The notes: generated by a model from the letters alone, not told the origin. A stretch of DNA of 62,713 nucleotides, filler included, from 4 parts of 4 records of this genome joined end to end with filler, not necessarily neighbours in it, one strand, 5' to 3'; shown: positions 47,228 to 57,876, counted from the first letter of the whole stretch. Made by a program: numbers and translations.

Positions 47228-49606
47228 ATGAGCAGTCCAAAAGAAATTAACGAGGCGGTAAGGCTGACCGAGCTGTACCAACTCGATATTCTGGACACAA
47301 ACAATGAAGAATATTTTGAAGCCTTGGTGGATTTGGGTATTTCCGCATTCAACAGCGCTTTTTGCTTCATTGCGTTTGTTGATTCTACAAGGCAGTGGTT
47401 CAAAGCCAAACGTGGATTCGACGTCAAAGAACTGCCACGAGACCTGTCCATTTGCTCCCAGACAATCAAGCAGAACGTACCCAACGTAATCGACAATTGC
47501 CTCGAGCATCCTGAGCTGAAGAACAATTCACTTGTTACTGGCGATCCCCATGTTCGAGCATATTTGGGCGTTCCAATTCAATCATTAAACGGCAACAACA
47601 TTGGTACATTTTGCGTTCTCGACAATGCGCCCAGGTCATGGAGCAAAGCGGAAATCGCGATTGCATCGGCCTTGAGTAAACTGGTTGAACACAATCTTGT
47701 TGAGCGCGCGATAAAGGCCAAAGAATCAGGCGAAGTGAGCTCAGCGTCCACGCAATTGCACACCAGCCACCAAGGACTGGGCAGCTGGAAAAGCACCAGT
47801 CAGAGTGGCCAAATTGAATTGTCACCAACCATGGAAAAATGGCTGTGCCTGTCGCAAACCCGACTGGTTCAAGCAAAGTGGTTCTTCGACCTTCCTGTGG
47901 CTGAGGACAAGGACAAGGTTAGCAAGGCCAGGATTGAACGAACAGGCGATCCGTTTGTATACCGTGTCCGTTTGCCCAGTGGCGACCTGATTCGCGTTGA
48001 AGAACAGGTGTACGACAACGGCAACCCCAACGATCAACGTTTGTTTGGATTGGTCAAAAAGATCCAGGATGTTGCCGCCACGCCCATTGAAATAAACCCC
48101 ACTGTCAACGAGAACGACACGCCTCGCATGGACATTCAGGTGGATCTGAAACGTTTTCCAAAGTCGTTTCTGCGTGAAACAGTGAAAGGAAAATTGTCAC
48201 TGGACCATCAAGGCTTCATCACCGGGCTTGCCAATGCCGGCGAACAGGAAATTACCAAGATCAAGCAAAAAGAAAGTTTTGTAGACATGCTCTACAAAGA
48301 AGACCAGGAAACTTTCCGGAAAACTCTGGCGCAATGTTTGAAAAACAATTCGCCCTGCGAAGCATGGGTTCGCCTGAGTATTCACGACGATCGCACCTGG
48401 TTGCGAATGGAACTGACTCCGAAAAAACGGTTTACGGCATTCAACAAACCCTCAGTCGACGCCATATTCACGGCACTAATCAACAAATCGTCATCAGCAC
48501 AGAAATCCATTTTTGATGAAAGCCTGCTGAACCTGACAGGCACCTTGGGCAAAGTGGGAGGCTGGTATTACCACCTGGAAAGTGGTTCACTAAAAACCAC
48601 TGATATGTTGCGCGAGGTGCTGGGGGTGAACAAGGATTCCCTACATTCGGTCTTTCACCTCAGTTCAATTTTGTCGAGACTCTCGGGTCGAAATATCGCC
48701 GTGCTGTTCATCGAATGCATCAACAACAGAAAACCGGCAAGCCTTGAATTTGAAGCCTCACAAACTGAGGACAAAAAGAAATGGTTTCGCATCATGATCC
48801 GCCCATCTGTGGGTGAAGATGGTGTGCCCATGGGTCTGTATGGATCCATCGCCGACATCTCGGAAACCAAACGGGTTGAACAGGCGCTGGAAAAAAATCT
48901 GCTGACCTACAACCTGATTGTGGACAACCTGACAGACGGGCTGATTGAAATTGACTCCACACTGAACGTCAGTTTCGTCAACCGCAATGCAAAAACATTG
49001 CTGCAGAAAGACCGCGAACTGTTTGTGCATGCCATGCCACTGGAAGAGTTGATCCCAGACCTGGACAAAGTCCAGTTCGCCGCCCTGCTTGAAACTGTCA
49101 ATAAAGTCGGGGTTTCAAAATCGGTCGAACAGTTTGTAGGGTTCATCAAACGCTGGATTTCGCTTCGTGTTTTTAAATCGGGATCGGGTTACACCATTCT
49201 GATCAAAGACATCACCAAACGAAAAAACCAGAGTAGCGATTTGTACATGCTGAACTCAGCAATTGAACAGATCCGCGAAATCATCATTGTGACCAACGAC
49301 ATCCGGAAAACCAAAGAACCATTTGGCTTGCTCTATGTGAATTCCGCCTTCGAGACATTCGTAGGCCAAAGCAGAGATAAATGGTTGGGACGCAACCCAT
49401 ACCACCTGATTCATGGCCGCATACCCACGCGCCACTACCGGCAACTGCTGGTTGCATTTTTAAGCCGGCAAAAGATTTTGCTGAAGACCCAATACGAAGT
49501 TAACCCAGAGCACAAGGTGACCTGTGACATTCTGATTTCTCCGTTTCTGGACACAGCGCGCAACGCGCCGTGCTTCCTCATCGTATTCCGGGTATTCGAC
49601 AGCTAG
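47228..49606 (+). CDS. GAF plus multiple PAS-like domain protein without a recognisable output domain
   Basis: N-terminal GAF (RQWFK, YLGVPI, GTFCVLD) and several PAS-like units; the ORF ends at the last PAS. Confidence 0.85.
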   Translation: MSSPKEINEAVRLTELYQLDILDTNNEEYFEALVDLGISAFNSAFCFIAFVDSTRQWFKAKRGFDVKELPRDLSICSQTIKQNVPNVIDNCLEHPELKNNSLVTGDPHVRAYLGVPIQSLNGNNIGTFCVLDNAPRSWSKAEIAIASALSKLVEHNLVERAIKAKESGEVSSASTQLHTSHQGLGSWKSTSQSGQIELSPTMEKWLCLSQTRLVQAKWFFDLPVAEDKDKVSKARIERTGDPFVYRVRLPSGDLIRVEEQVYDNGNPNDQRLFGLVKKIQDVAATPIEINPTVNENDTPRMDIQVDLKRFPKSFLRETVKGKLSLDHQGFITGLANAGEQEITKIKQKESFVDMLYKEDQETFRKTLAQCLKNNSPCEAWVRLSIHDDRTWLRMELTPKKRFTAFNKPSVDAIFTALINKSSSAQKSIFDESLLNLTGTLGKVGGWYYHLESGSLKTTDMLREVLGVNKDSLHSVFHLSSILSRLSGRNIAVLFIECINNRKPASLEFEASQTEDKKKWFRIMIRPSVGEDGVPMGLYGSIADISETKRVEQALEKNLLTYNLIVDNLTDGLIEIDSTLNVSFVNRNAKTLLQKDRELFVHAMPLEELIPDLDKVQFAALLETVNKVGVSKSVEQFVGFIKRWISLRVFKSGSGYTILIKDITKRKNQSSDLYMLNSAIEQIREIIIVTNDIRKTKEPFGLLYVNSAFETFVGQSRDKWLGRNPYHLIHGRIPTRHYRQLLVAFLSRQKILLKTQYEVNPEHKVTCDILISPFLDTARNAPCFLIVFRVFDS

Positions 49607-49612
49607 AAGAAT

Positions 49613-50125
49613 TTAAACCAGCGTGGCGCCCAACGTCAGGCTTTGGGTGCGCGGTGCAAACACCATGCAGTGAATGGTCTTGACCAGGTTGGTCATGGTT
49701 GAGGACGTGTCTTTGCGCAGAAACCTGGCTTTTTGCAAAGCATCGGATCGGTGTTCGGTCAGGCTTTCAGCCAACTCCAGACTTTCCAGATTGCACGACA
49801 TGTAAGACACGGGCACTGCATGCACATAACGGCTGTAGAAAGCCAGGATGTCTTGCAAATCATCATATGCATTGTCGGGAAAATGAAGATCCGACAACAC
49901 TGCGACAGGCAAAGCTCGGCGGCCTTTTTCGACCTCGTCAAAGGCTTGACGAATATCACCAAACCGTTCGAACACGGTCAGTGAAATAGAGAAATAAGTA
50001 ACCTTGGCAATCTCCTCAATCGCCTCTTCCACCACCAGGCGATAAAAAGGAGAATCCTCAGCAACCCACACTTCCAACAGCTTCGATCCTGATTCGCTCA
50101 CAACAACCACCTGGCCAATCGGCAT
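49613..50125 (-). CDS. Divergent single-domain receiver protein
   Basis: VAED, LSDLHFP, YMS and FLRK at the conserved REC positions. Confidence 0.7.
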   Translation of the reverse strand: MPIGQVVVVSESGSKLLEVWVAEDSPFYRLVVEEAIEEIAKVTYFSISLTVFERFGDIRQAFDEVEKGRRALPVAVLSDLHFPDNAYDDLQDILAFYSRYVHAVPVSYMSCNLESLELAESLTEHRSDALQKARFLRKDTSSTMTNLVKTIHCMVFAPRTQSLTLGATLV

Positions 50126-50354
50126 TAATACCTAATAACGCTAGGTTAGTGGATGACCCATGGCATACTGTAGACACAAAGTGATCCCCCCCTATTTGGG
50201 GGACAAATTGATTTAAGGTGTCACACGCTTCAAATGAAGGCATCCTCCAAATGAAGGGTCACCATCAAGAGGGTAAGGAAGTAATATCAAGTTAAGAAAT
50301 AAATAACAATAATTCTAGTTTTTTCAGGCAAAATAAAATTTGGAGGGTCGCCTC

Positions 50355-51029
50355 ATGAGCCCCAACGCTGTACTTTTAATCGAAGATCACCCATTGGTGT
50401 CGATGATGTTAGCCGACATGTTGACTGAGCACGCACCAGACCTGAACGTTCGAAAAGTTCCCAGCATTCAAGCCAGCGAACAACACGTGCATGAAAATCC
50501 ACGGTTGGTAATCTTCGACTTGAACCTGCCCGATTGCGAGGGCATTGACTCGGCCCAACGAGTGCGCAGCCTTTATCCCTTCTCACAGTTGCTGGCCTTC
50601 ACCGGAACCACGCACGATGGTATCTTGCAAGAACTACAAGACATGGGAATTCCGTGTGTTCGAAAGTCTGCCGATTACCACGAGCTACTGGACGCCGTCA
50701 TGAAAGGATTGATGGCCGTCGGGGTAAGTTGCTCGGAAGGCATGAATGCGGACAAAATGAAATCCAAGAATGAATTTCAGTCCAACATCATTGCACCCGG
50801 ATCGAAAAAACCGCTGACCTGGCGACAAGTTGAAATCATGCGCCGCATTGCTGTAGGCATGACCGCCAAAGAGGCCGCCCGTGACATGAACCTCAGCCCG
50901 GAAACTGTACGTGCCCACATGCGTGAAGTCCTTGTCAGACTGGGTGCCCAGAATCGAGCCCATGCGGTGTCCATTTTCACCAAGGCAGAAAGACAGTCAC
51001 GATTGCTTGAAGAAGCGCAAAGCAACTGA
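50355..51029 (+). CDS. NarL/LuxR-family response regulator 1
   Basis: IEDHP and FDLNLPD (REC); LTWRQVEIM...LSPETVRAH (HTH); GGAGG RBS. Confidence 0.92.
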   Translation: MSPNAVLLIEDHPLVSMMLADMLTEHAPDLNVRKVPSIQASEQHVHENPRLVIFDLNLPDCEGIDSAQRVRSLYPFSQLLAFTGTTHDGILQELQDMGIPCVRKSADYHELLDAVMKGLMAVGVSCSEGMNADKMKSKNEFQSNIIAPGSKKPLTWRQVEIMRRIAVGMTAKEAARDMNLSPETVRAHMREVLVRLGAQNRAHAVSIFTKAERQSRLLEEAQSN

Positions 51030-51065
51030 GTTCGGGCCGTATAACAGCAAGAACAAGGCCTGGCC

Positions 51066-54038
51066 ATGAAACTTTCTCTGCTCATTCGAATTTTCGCCCT
51101 CCTGATCGTGGTTTTCTCCATATTCGGCATCGGGGTGAAAAGCATATCGATTCATCAGCAGACCGTACAGGAAGACTACTACCGTGCCTGGGCTTCGGAT
51201 GAGGCAATACTGACCAGAACCCTGGCGGAGTTTGAGGCCATGCGCAAGCTGGTTCTCCTATACGCAGCCAGCCGAAACCCCGAATACATCAACCACTATC
51301 TCGACATTGTTGGCTTGCACAACGGCAGCCGCATCTACACCGATGAGGTCGCGGTGGATTACTGGGTCGATGTAATCACGGGTCAGACAAAAGACTCCGC
51401 TGTGTCCTGGGGTATTGGTCAAAACCTGAGCGAACGGCTTTACTCGCTCCGTTTTATTTCCGAGAACGAACCTGCTATTGAACGCATTCTCGACCTGCGG
51501 CACCAGTTGGAGCGCAATGAACTAAGCGCGTTCGCCAGCGGTATTACACGCTTTGTCGACAAACAGGACGACAAGTACCTTTCCCCACCTGAAGTGCGTG
51601 ACACGTTCGGCATGTTGTTTGACCGGGAACACATTGAACTGACCAACGCCCTGTCTTTCGAGCTGTCCAGCTTTATTGCGCGGGAAAAAACCCGCTACCT
51701 GGGCTTGATTGATGCCTCACGCAAAGAACTGACTTACAGCGTTTACCTGGATGTGGTGTTCACCCTGCTGTTCTTGCTGGGTCTGTTCGTGGGATTGGCG
51801 TCCATCAAAAAGAAAGTGATTGATCCCATCAATTCGCTGTACAACGCCAGTGAAGAAATCATGAAGGGCGACTACACCGTACGCGTGAACAATCGCACGG
51901 GCTCGCATGAAATCAACCTGCTGATCCGCGCATTCAACAGAATGATTCGCTCTTTTCAACGCGACCTGGAAAAAAGCGAGCGGGTGAAACAAGCGCTGGA
52001 AGAAGTCAGCCTGGCCAATGTGGAAAAAGAACGCGCCAAGAACGAGTCGCGAATCAAGAGTTCGTTTCTTGCCAACATGAGCCACGAAATTCGCACGCCC
52101 ATGAATGCAATATTGGGCATGACCGCGCTGACACTGAAAACCGAACTCAACGAAAAACAAAAAGACTACTTGAGCAAAATTCAATTGTCAGGTGACAACC
52201 TGCTGCACTTGCTCAACAGCATTCTGGATCTGTCCAAAATCGAATCGGACATGTTCAAACTGGAACAACGCCCGTTCAGACTGGATGATGTATTGGAGGA
52301 AGTGTTTGGAACACTAGGCAATTCAGCACTGGATAAAAACATCCGCCTGCTCTACACCCTGCAGGGCAAAGGCTTGCAGTCCACGCTGAACCGCCTTGTG
52401 GGTGATTCGCTTCGGGTTGGGCAAATCCTGAAAAACCTGATTGGCAATGCCATCAAATTCACAGCAGAAGGCCATGTCAACCTGACCGTCAAAGTGCTCA
52501 AGCAACTCGACAATCAGGTAACACTGCAATTCAGTGTCAGCGACACGGGCATTGGCATGAGCAAAGACCAGCTTCAACGCGTGTTTGACAAATTCACCCA
52601 GGCCGACTCCAGCACCACACGCATGTTCGGCGGTAGCGGGCTGGGCTTGAGCATTGCGAAAGAACTGGTACATTTGATGGAAGGCGACATTCACGCCCAC
52701 TCCACCCCTGGGCGTGGCTCGGTGTTTTACTTCACCCTGAACCTGAGAACCCAGGATGCAGAGGCGCCGGCGCGTAACCCCAGTTTGCTGCACAGCCCAG
52801 ACATAAAACGCGCATTCATCTGCTCCCTGGACCAGAAACTACACCGCTCTATTTCCAGCATTCTGGATCAGTTTTATGTGCCCCTGGCGGCACTTTCGCC
52901 TGAAGAGCTAGTGATGGAAAACCGGCCCTTCGAACCGAATGACATTGTATTCATTGACAGCGACATCGCCACCACATCGCCTGAGCTGTTATCGCTGCTG
53001 CAAAGCAACCGGCTTGATCAGCGAGAAAACCTGATTTGGCTGTCAAACCGCAACGCCAGCGAACTGCAACGTGTGCACGGTGCAGATGCCAACAACAAGG
53101 TGTTGACCACCCCTATTCTGCCTGTTCATTTGATGAAACTTGCAGAACGACAAATCAGCAACAACGAAGTGCTGCCAGGGCACAAGACCGACAAGAAAAA
53201 GAAGTCGAAGACGGAGCAGACTGAAAGCAACACCTTTGCGCGGGCAGCCAATATTTTGATCGTAGAAGATCACCCATTGAACATGGAATTGCTGCTGGAC
53301 TTCCTGAGCCCGAAAAATTACCAGATCCGCTGTGCCAAAGACGGGCGCGAAGCCATTCAAATTCTGAAAAATACACCCGAGCCATTTGACCTGATGATTT
53401 CCGATCTGGAAATGCCCTTTGTTGACGGCTACCAATTGGCAACCTGGGTGCGGGAAAACGCTGTGCACTGTGTCACCCCCATCATGGCGCTGACCGCGCA
53501 CGCCTTTGAACAGACCCGTGTGCGATGCGAAGAACACGGCATCAACGATGTGTTGACCAAACCATTCCATGAACAAAACCTGTTCGATGCGATCAAGCGT
53601 TGCCTGCGCAACAAAGAGGGTGTGCTGACCGGTTTTGAAACAAAAACCGGGTCACTTGAACGGCAGGGATCAACAGGTCCTGAGATGATCGCACCGAAGC
53701 ACACCTCGATTTTCAAAGTGGACAGTTTTGAGCCAGAACGCATGTCCAAGTATCTGGGCAAGTTTTTGCAAACCAGTGAAAACCTGATTGAACGCCTGGA
53801 AGACTGTGTCAAACAAAACGACATCCAAACTTTGAAACGGGAAATCCATTCGCTGGCTGGGGTGCTGGGTATGTTAGGAACAGAAAGCGTACAACAGCAA
53901 TTTTCGAGAATGGACAAATCGCTGGAAAATGCGTCGGCCAGTGCCGCCGTTATGAAAGAAATGAAAGAAGTGTGGCCCAAAATTGTGGACGAAGCTGAAA
54001 AAATATTGGTACTGATGAATCGGTTTGGGAAAAACTAA
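51066..54038 (+). CDS. Hybrid sensor kinase: periplasmic domain-HAMP-HisKA-HATPase-pseudoREC-REC-Hpt
   Basis: Two TMs; MSHEIRTPMN; NLIGNAIKF; GSGLGL; SDLEMP; EIHSLAG (Hpt His). Confidence 0.94.
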   Translation: MKLSLLIRIFALLIVVFSIFGIGVKSISIHQQTVQEDYYRAWASDEAILTRTLAEFEAMRKLVLLYAASRNPEYINHYLDIVGLHNGSRIYTDEVAVDYWVDVITGQTKDSAVSWGIGQNLSERLYSLRFISENEPAIERILDLRHQLERNELSAFASGITRFVDKQDDKYLSPPEVRDTFGMLFDREHIELTNALSFELSSFIAREKTRYLGLIDASRKELTYSVYLDVVFTLLFLLGLFVGLASIKKKVIDPINSLYNASEEIMKGDYTVRVNNRTGSHEINLLIRAFNRMIRSFQRDLEKSERVKQALEEVSLANVEKERAKNESRIKSSFLANMSHEIRTPMNAILGMTALTLKTELNEKQKDYLSKIQLSGDNLLHLLNSILDLSKIESDMFKLEQRPFRLDDVLEEVFGTLGNSALDKNIRLLYTLQGKGLQSTLNRLVGDSLRVGQILKNLIGNAIKFTAEGHVNLTVKVLKQLDNQVTLQFSVSDTGIGMSKDQLQRVFDKFTQADSSTTRMFGGSGLGLSIAKELVHLMEGDIHAHSTPGRGSVFYFTLNLRTQDAEAPARNPSLLHSPDIKRAFICSLDQKLHRSISSILDQFYVPLAALSPEELVMENRPFEPNDIVFIDSDIATTSPELLSLLQSNRLDQRENLIWLSNRNASELQRVHGADANNKVLTTPILPVHLMKLAERQISNNEVLPGHKTDKKKKSKTEQTESNTFARAANILIVEDHPLNMELLLDFLSPKNYQIRCAKDGREAIQILKNTPEPFDLMISDLEMPFVDGYQLATWVRENAVHCVTPIMALTAHAFEQTRVRCEEHGINDVLTKPFHEQNLFDAIKRCLRNKEGVLTGFETKTGSLERQGSTGPEMIAPKHTSIFKVDSFEPERMSKYLGKFLQTSENLIERLEDCVKQNDIQTLKREIHSLAGVLGMLGTESVQQQFSRMDKSLENASASAAVMKEMKEVWPKIVDEAEKILVLMNRFGKN

Positions 54039-54140
54039 CCTCACGTGCTGAATCGTTTGTTTTCAATTAAGGCTTGTTTTACACTGGTTCTGCGATAAGA
54101 CACAAAATAAAAAAGTTCTAAGTATTTTCAAGGGTTTGAC

Positions 54141-54593
54141 GTGAAATATTTCGTTCAGGCAATCATGCTTGGCTTTGCCATGTGTGCAGCGTTGGCAGTG
54201 CCCAAAGTTGCACATGCCGAGGTGGTGCTGGTTGGCTCAAGCAAATTGAATTTCAGTGAAATATCGAAAACCAAGCTGCGTGACTTGTACACAGGGCAAA
54301 GCCAGATGGTTGGCAGTACCAGCGTGCTGGTCATTGACCGTGACGACGCGTTTCGCGAACGAAGCCACTTCATTTTGACAACGCTTGGATTTACCAGCGA
54401 AGAGTTCAGAACTGTTCAACGTTTGCTCGAATGCATTGGGGTCAGCAAAGCGCCCACCGTAGCGCGCGACAGCCAACACCTGATCCAGATGCTGAACAAC
54501 AACCCAAATGCCCTTGGCTACGTAACTCCACAAGAATTACAAAACAACGGGGCGAAATCGAAGCTAAGATTAATCAAGGTTCTGGCAGAGTAA
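54141..54593 (+). CDS. Secreted small substrate-binding-protein-like protein
   Basis: Signal peptide ending AHA; LRDLYTG and NPNALGYV patterns. Confidence 0.7.
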   Translation: MKYFVQAIMLGFAMCAALAVPKVAHAEVVLVGSSKLNFSEISKTKLRDLYTGQSQMVGSTSVLVIDRDDAFRERSHFILTTLGFTSEEFRTVQRLLECIGVSKAPTVARDSQHLIQMLNNNPNALGYVTPQELQNNGAKSKLRLIKVLAE

Positions 54594-54602
54594 GCCACAA
54601 GA

Positions 54603-55199
54603 ATGAAACAGAAAAAACCTTCAAATTGGCATCACGCTGTGGCCACCTGGCCATGGTTGTTGCTCATCTTGCTTGTAAGCAGTGGCAAAGCACACGCCTT
54701 TTGCGCCGGTGCGATGGTCAAGGAAATACAGGCAATCGCTGCCATCAAAGATGTTGTAGAGGCAGTGAAAGCTGGCAATTCAAAACAGCCAAGCAAAGAC
54801 GCAATTCTTGAATTGGATGCCCGTTGGATCAATACACAAGGCAAACTACCTGAAGCACAAGAGATTCTGGAAACAAAAATTTCCGCTTTGCTGGCGATGG
54901 AAATGAAAAAGAAAATTTACTTCAAGGAAGCAATCCTGACCGGCAATCAGGGTGAAACCCTGGCCATGAATAAAACCACCACCGATTACTGGCAAGGCGA
55001 TGAAGAAAAATTTCTGGAAATATTTGACAGCAACGTGCCCTCAAGAAAACCAGATTCTTATATCTCGCGCGCACGGTGGGATGACAGCACCCAAACCATG
55101 ATTGCAAAAGTCAGCGTGCCTGTTTATGACGGGGATCTAATGATTGGCACCCTCACGGTGGGTGTTGATTTGAAAAGGGTTCCGCACCCTAATCATTGA
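54603..55199 (+). CDS. Secreted stand-alone PDC/Cache-like sensor-domain protein
   Basis: Signal peptide; TDYWQGDEEKF, WDDST and VSVPVYDG..IGTLTVGV patterns. Confidence 0.72.
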   Translation: MKQKKPSNWHHAVATWPWLLLILLVSSGKAHAFCAGAMVKEIQAIAAIKDVVEAVKAGNSKQPSKDAILELDARWINTQGKLPEAQEILETKISALLAMEMKKKIYFKEAILTGNQGETLAMNKTTTDYWQGDEEKFLEIFDSNVPSRKPDSYISRARWDDSTQTMIAKVSVPVYDGDLMIGTLTVGVDLKRVPHPNH

Positions 55200-55845
55200 G
55201 TTTCATTTTTACACTGCGCTCGGCTTTCAAGAATACATTGACCGCCTGGGCCTTGTTGGACACTTCCAGACGTTTGAAAATTTCCCGAATATGACCACGA
55301 ACTGTCTCGGGGCTTAGCCCAATTCGCTGAGCCACCATTTTTGCCGACAAACCTTCGGCCGTCATGCGCATAATTTCCACTTGCCGCCAAGTCAGTGGCT
55401 TGGCACCTGGATAGGCCACGATATTGGATTGGTGTTCATTGGCAGGTGCTGGCTCAACAGTCGAGCGGCTTAAAATACCCGAACGAAACAGTGCCGCTTC
55501 TATTTCTTTGGCCAAAACCGATTGGCTACAGGCTTTGTCAATGATGCTGTACCCGGATTGCACGGCCCTGGCCTGGATTTCCTCACTCACAAAACCCGTA
55601 TATATCAGGCCACATACATTCGGAAACATGGAATCAAGCCAGTCGATGGTTTCTTTGCCTCTGGAATCGGTCAAGGTCAAATCAAAGATGATCAAATCCG
55701 GGCGCTCAAACACATGTTCACGCGCTTGCAAAAGGCTGGTTACCACTGTCAGTTGGGCATGGGGCACCATGTCTTTGCAAACGTCCTCGATCACCATCGA
55801 AATCAGAGGATGGTCTTCCAGCACCAGTATTTTTTGATTTTTCAT
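55189..55845 (-). CDS. NarL/LuxR-family response regulator 2 (paralog of regulator 1)
   Basis: LEDHP and FDLTLTD (REC); LTWRQVEIM...LSPETVRGH (HTH). Confidence 0.92.
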   Translation of the reverse strand: MKNQKILVLEDHPLISMVIEDVCKDMVPHAQLTVVTSLLQAREHVFERPDLIIFDLTLTDSRGKETIDWLDSMFPNVCGLIYTGFVSEEIQARAVQSGYSIIDKACSQSVLAKEIEAALFRSGILSRSTVEPAPANEHQSNIVAYPGAKPLTWRQVEIMRMTAEGLSAKMVAQRIGLSPETVRGHIREIFKRLEVSNKAQAVNVFLKAERSVKMKLND

Positions 55846-56053
55846 TGTTAGCAGGTCAATTCAAGCCATCGGACCATTCAGTCTGTTCTTCACCCCAAAG
55901 AGTACATGAATTCACCCGAACAATTAAAGCCGCATTTTACCCTTTCACACAAAGGGTTCAGCATTTTGGGGGGGCATCACAAACAAGCATCCTCAATTGA
56001 CGGAATGGGCAAAAAAACTGAAACCCGTAAGATGAACTCATGACAAATCCCTT

Positions 56054-56473
56054 GTGGAGCACGGCATCATGAACATCGCACTGGTTCAACAACACCACAC
56101 CGACACGCACGAACCGCTTTACTTTCGACAAGCGGAATCACGCGTGACCATGGAACTGGACAATGTTGCACATGGCCTGAAACATTTTGGTGATCAACTG
56201 GGTAAAATCCGTTCGGCACAGGCTCGATTTGCGCTGGTGGTTCAATTGAAAACATGGGCCCTGAACAAACCGACACTGCAAACCCTGATGGAACAATACC
56301 TACTGGAAGTGGAACACACCCAGAAGTACGTTCACATTGACCCTCAAAGCCATGATGAATCGGTTCAATCGCTGTGCGAACAATTGATGTTTCTCAGTGC
56401 CGTGTTTGAACAGGAATCTGTGTTGCTCGAGCAAATGGTGTTTGCCGAACCTTCATTGGTGTTGTGCGATTAA
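56054..56473 (+). CDS. Hypothetical helical protein
   Basis: 139-aa ORF (ATG at 56069 is a likely start); His/Glu/Gln-rich. Confidence 0.6.
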   Translation: MEHGIMNIALVQQHHTDTHEPLYFRQAESRVTMELDNVAHGLKHFGDQLGKIRSAQARFALVVQLKTWALNKPTLQTLMEQYLLEVEHTQKYVHIDPQSHDESVQSLCEQLMFLSAVFEQESVLLEQMVFAEPSLVLCD

Positions 56474-56487
56474 GCGGTCGGGCGGAA

Positions 56488-57876
56488 TTACTTTCCGATA
56501 CAGAAACGGCTGAAAATCAACCCCAGCAAATCATCAGGCAACATGCGGCCAGTGATTTCGCCCAATGCATCATGTGCCAAGCGTAGCTCCTCGGCGAACA
56601 AATCAAGAATTCGATCGTCTTGCTGCGCAAACTCATGCGCAATTGCAAGGTGTTGGCCGCACACCAACAAAGCATCAACGTGCCGTTGACGCGCCATGAA
56701 ACCGTGGTCAGGCGTATGAGCGATTCCCACTTTGGCCAGCATGGCATCCTTCAATTGTTCAAGTCCGTACCCATTTTTTGCAGACACATGAATGGCATCT
56801 TTTCCATGGCTTTGCTGTACTGAATGATCGGTCAACAAATCCACTTTGTTGTACACCACCAGGCTGGGCTGGTCATCGGGCAATGCCAGGTGTGTGTCAA
56901 AGGTGTCGGCTTCCGGGCATGTTGCATCTTTTAGTACCAGCAACAAGTCCGCTTCTTCGACCGACTTACGCGTGCGTTCAATGCCTATCATTTCTACTTC
57001 ATCGGCGGTGTGGCGCAAACCAGCTGTGTCGATCAACACCAGTGGAATCCCCCGTATATTCAGTTCCTGCTTGATGCGATCGCGCGTGGTACCCGCAATG
57101 GCAGACACAATGGCAACATCTTCCCCGGCAAGCGCATTGAGCAAACTTGATTTGCCCACATTGGGTTCGCCCACCAGCACAATTTGCAAACCGTCGCGAA
57201 ACTTCACACCTTCTTGCGCAGCAAGCAGCAAATCATGGTGTGTCTGCAAAATATTTCGAAGCTGCCCTTTTGCATCGGCTTTTTCAAGAAACTCGATTTC
57301 TTCTTCGGGGAAATCCAGGGTCGCTTCCAGCAACAAGCGCAAGTGCACAACCAGATCCGCAAGCGCATTGACCTGCTTTGAAAATACGCCACTCAGTGAC
57401 GCGGCTGCCGCTTTGGCTGTGGACACCGAGCCCGCATCAATCAGGTCGGCCACAGCCTCAGCCTGGGCCAGATCAAGTTTGTCATTTAAAAACGCACGTT
57501 GCGTGAATTCGCCAGGCATTGCATGGCGCAATGGAATATTCAATTGCCGACCAACAATCAAGGCCTGACCAAGCACGGCTTGCAACACAGCTTGTCCGCC
57601 ATGGCCTTGAAATTCCAGAACGTGTTCACCCGTGAACGAGGCCGGTGCATTGAACAACAACACAATGCCTTCATCAATGGCATGTTGATCAGAATCACGG
57701 AGAGTCAAAAGCGTTGCTTGGCGAGGTTTGGGCAACTTGCCGCAAAACGCCAAACAAAACGATTCAAATTGTGTTGGGGAAGGAAAAGAAAACCGCACCA
57801 CCCCCACCCCGCCCTTGCCGGGCGCGGTGGCGATGGCCACGATAGGGTCACCGTGCTGTGGCTGGTGCAGACTCAA
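56488..57876 (-). CDS. mnmE: tRNA modification GTPase MnmE (TrmE)
   Basis: [22 protein letters not shown] and C-terminal FCIGK. Confidence 0.98.
   Translation of the reverse strand: MSLHQPQHGDPIVAIATAPGKGGVGVVRFSFPSPTQFESFCLAFCGKLPKPRQATLLTLRDSDQHAIDEGIVLLFNAPASFTGEHVLEFQGHGGQAVLQAVLGQALIVGRQLNIPLRHAMPGEFTQRAFLNDKLDLAQAEAVADLIDAGSVSTAKAAAASLSGVFSKQVNALADLVVHLRLLLEATLDFPEEEIEFLEKADAKGQLRNILQTHHDLLLAAQEGVKFRDGLQIVLVGEPNVGKSSLLNALAGEDVAIVSAIAGTTRDRIKQELNIRGIPLVLIDTAGLRHTADEVEMIGIERTRKSVEEADLLLVLKDATCPEADTFDTHLALPDDQPSLVVYNKVDLLTDHSVQQSHGKDAIHVSAKNGYGLEQLKDAMLAKVGIAHTPDHGFMARQRHVDALLVCGQHLAIAHEFAQQDDRILDLFAEELRLAHDALGEITGRMLPDDLLGLIFSRFCIGK

Noticed and set aside
49250-49606. LOV photoreceptor domain in the last PAS
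   Set aside because: The motif reads GRNPYHLI, lacking the photoactive Cys of GxNCRFLQ.
56054-56473. Hemerythrin assignment for the 139-aa ORF
   Set aside because: It is His/Glu-rich and helical, but I could not place the HxxxE ligand sets.
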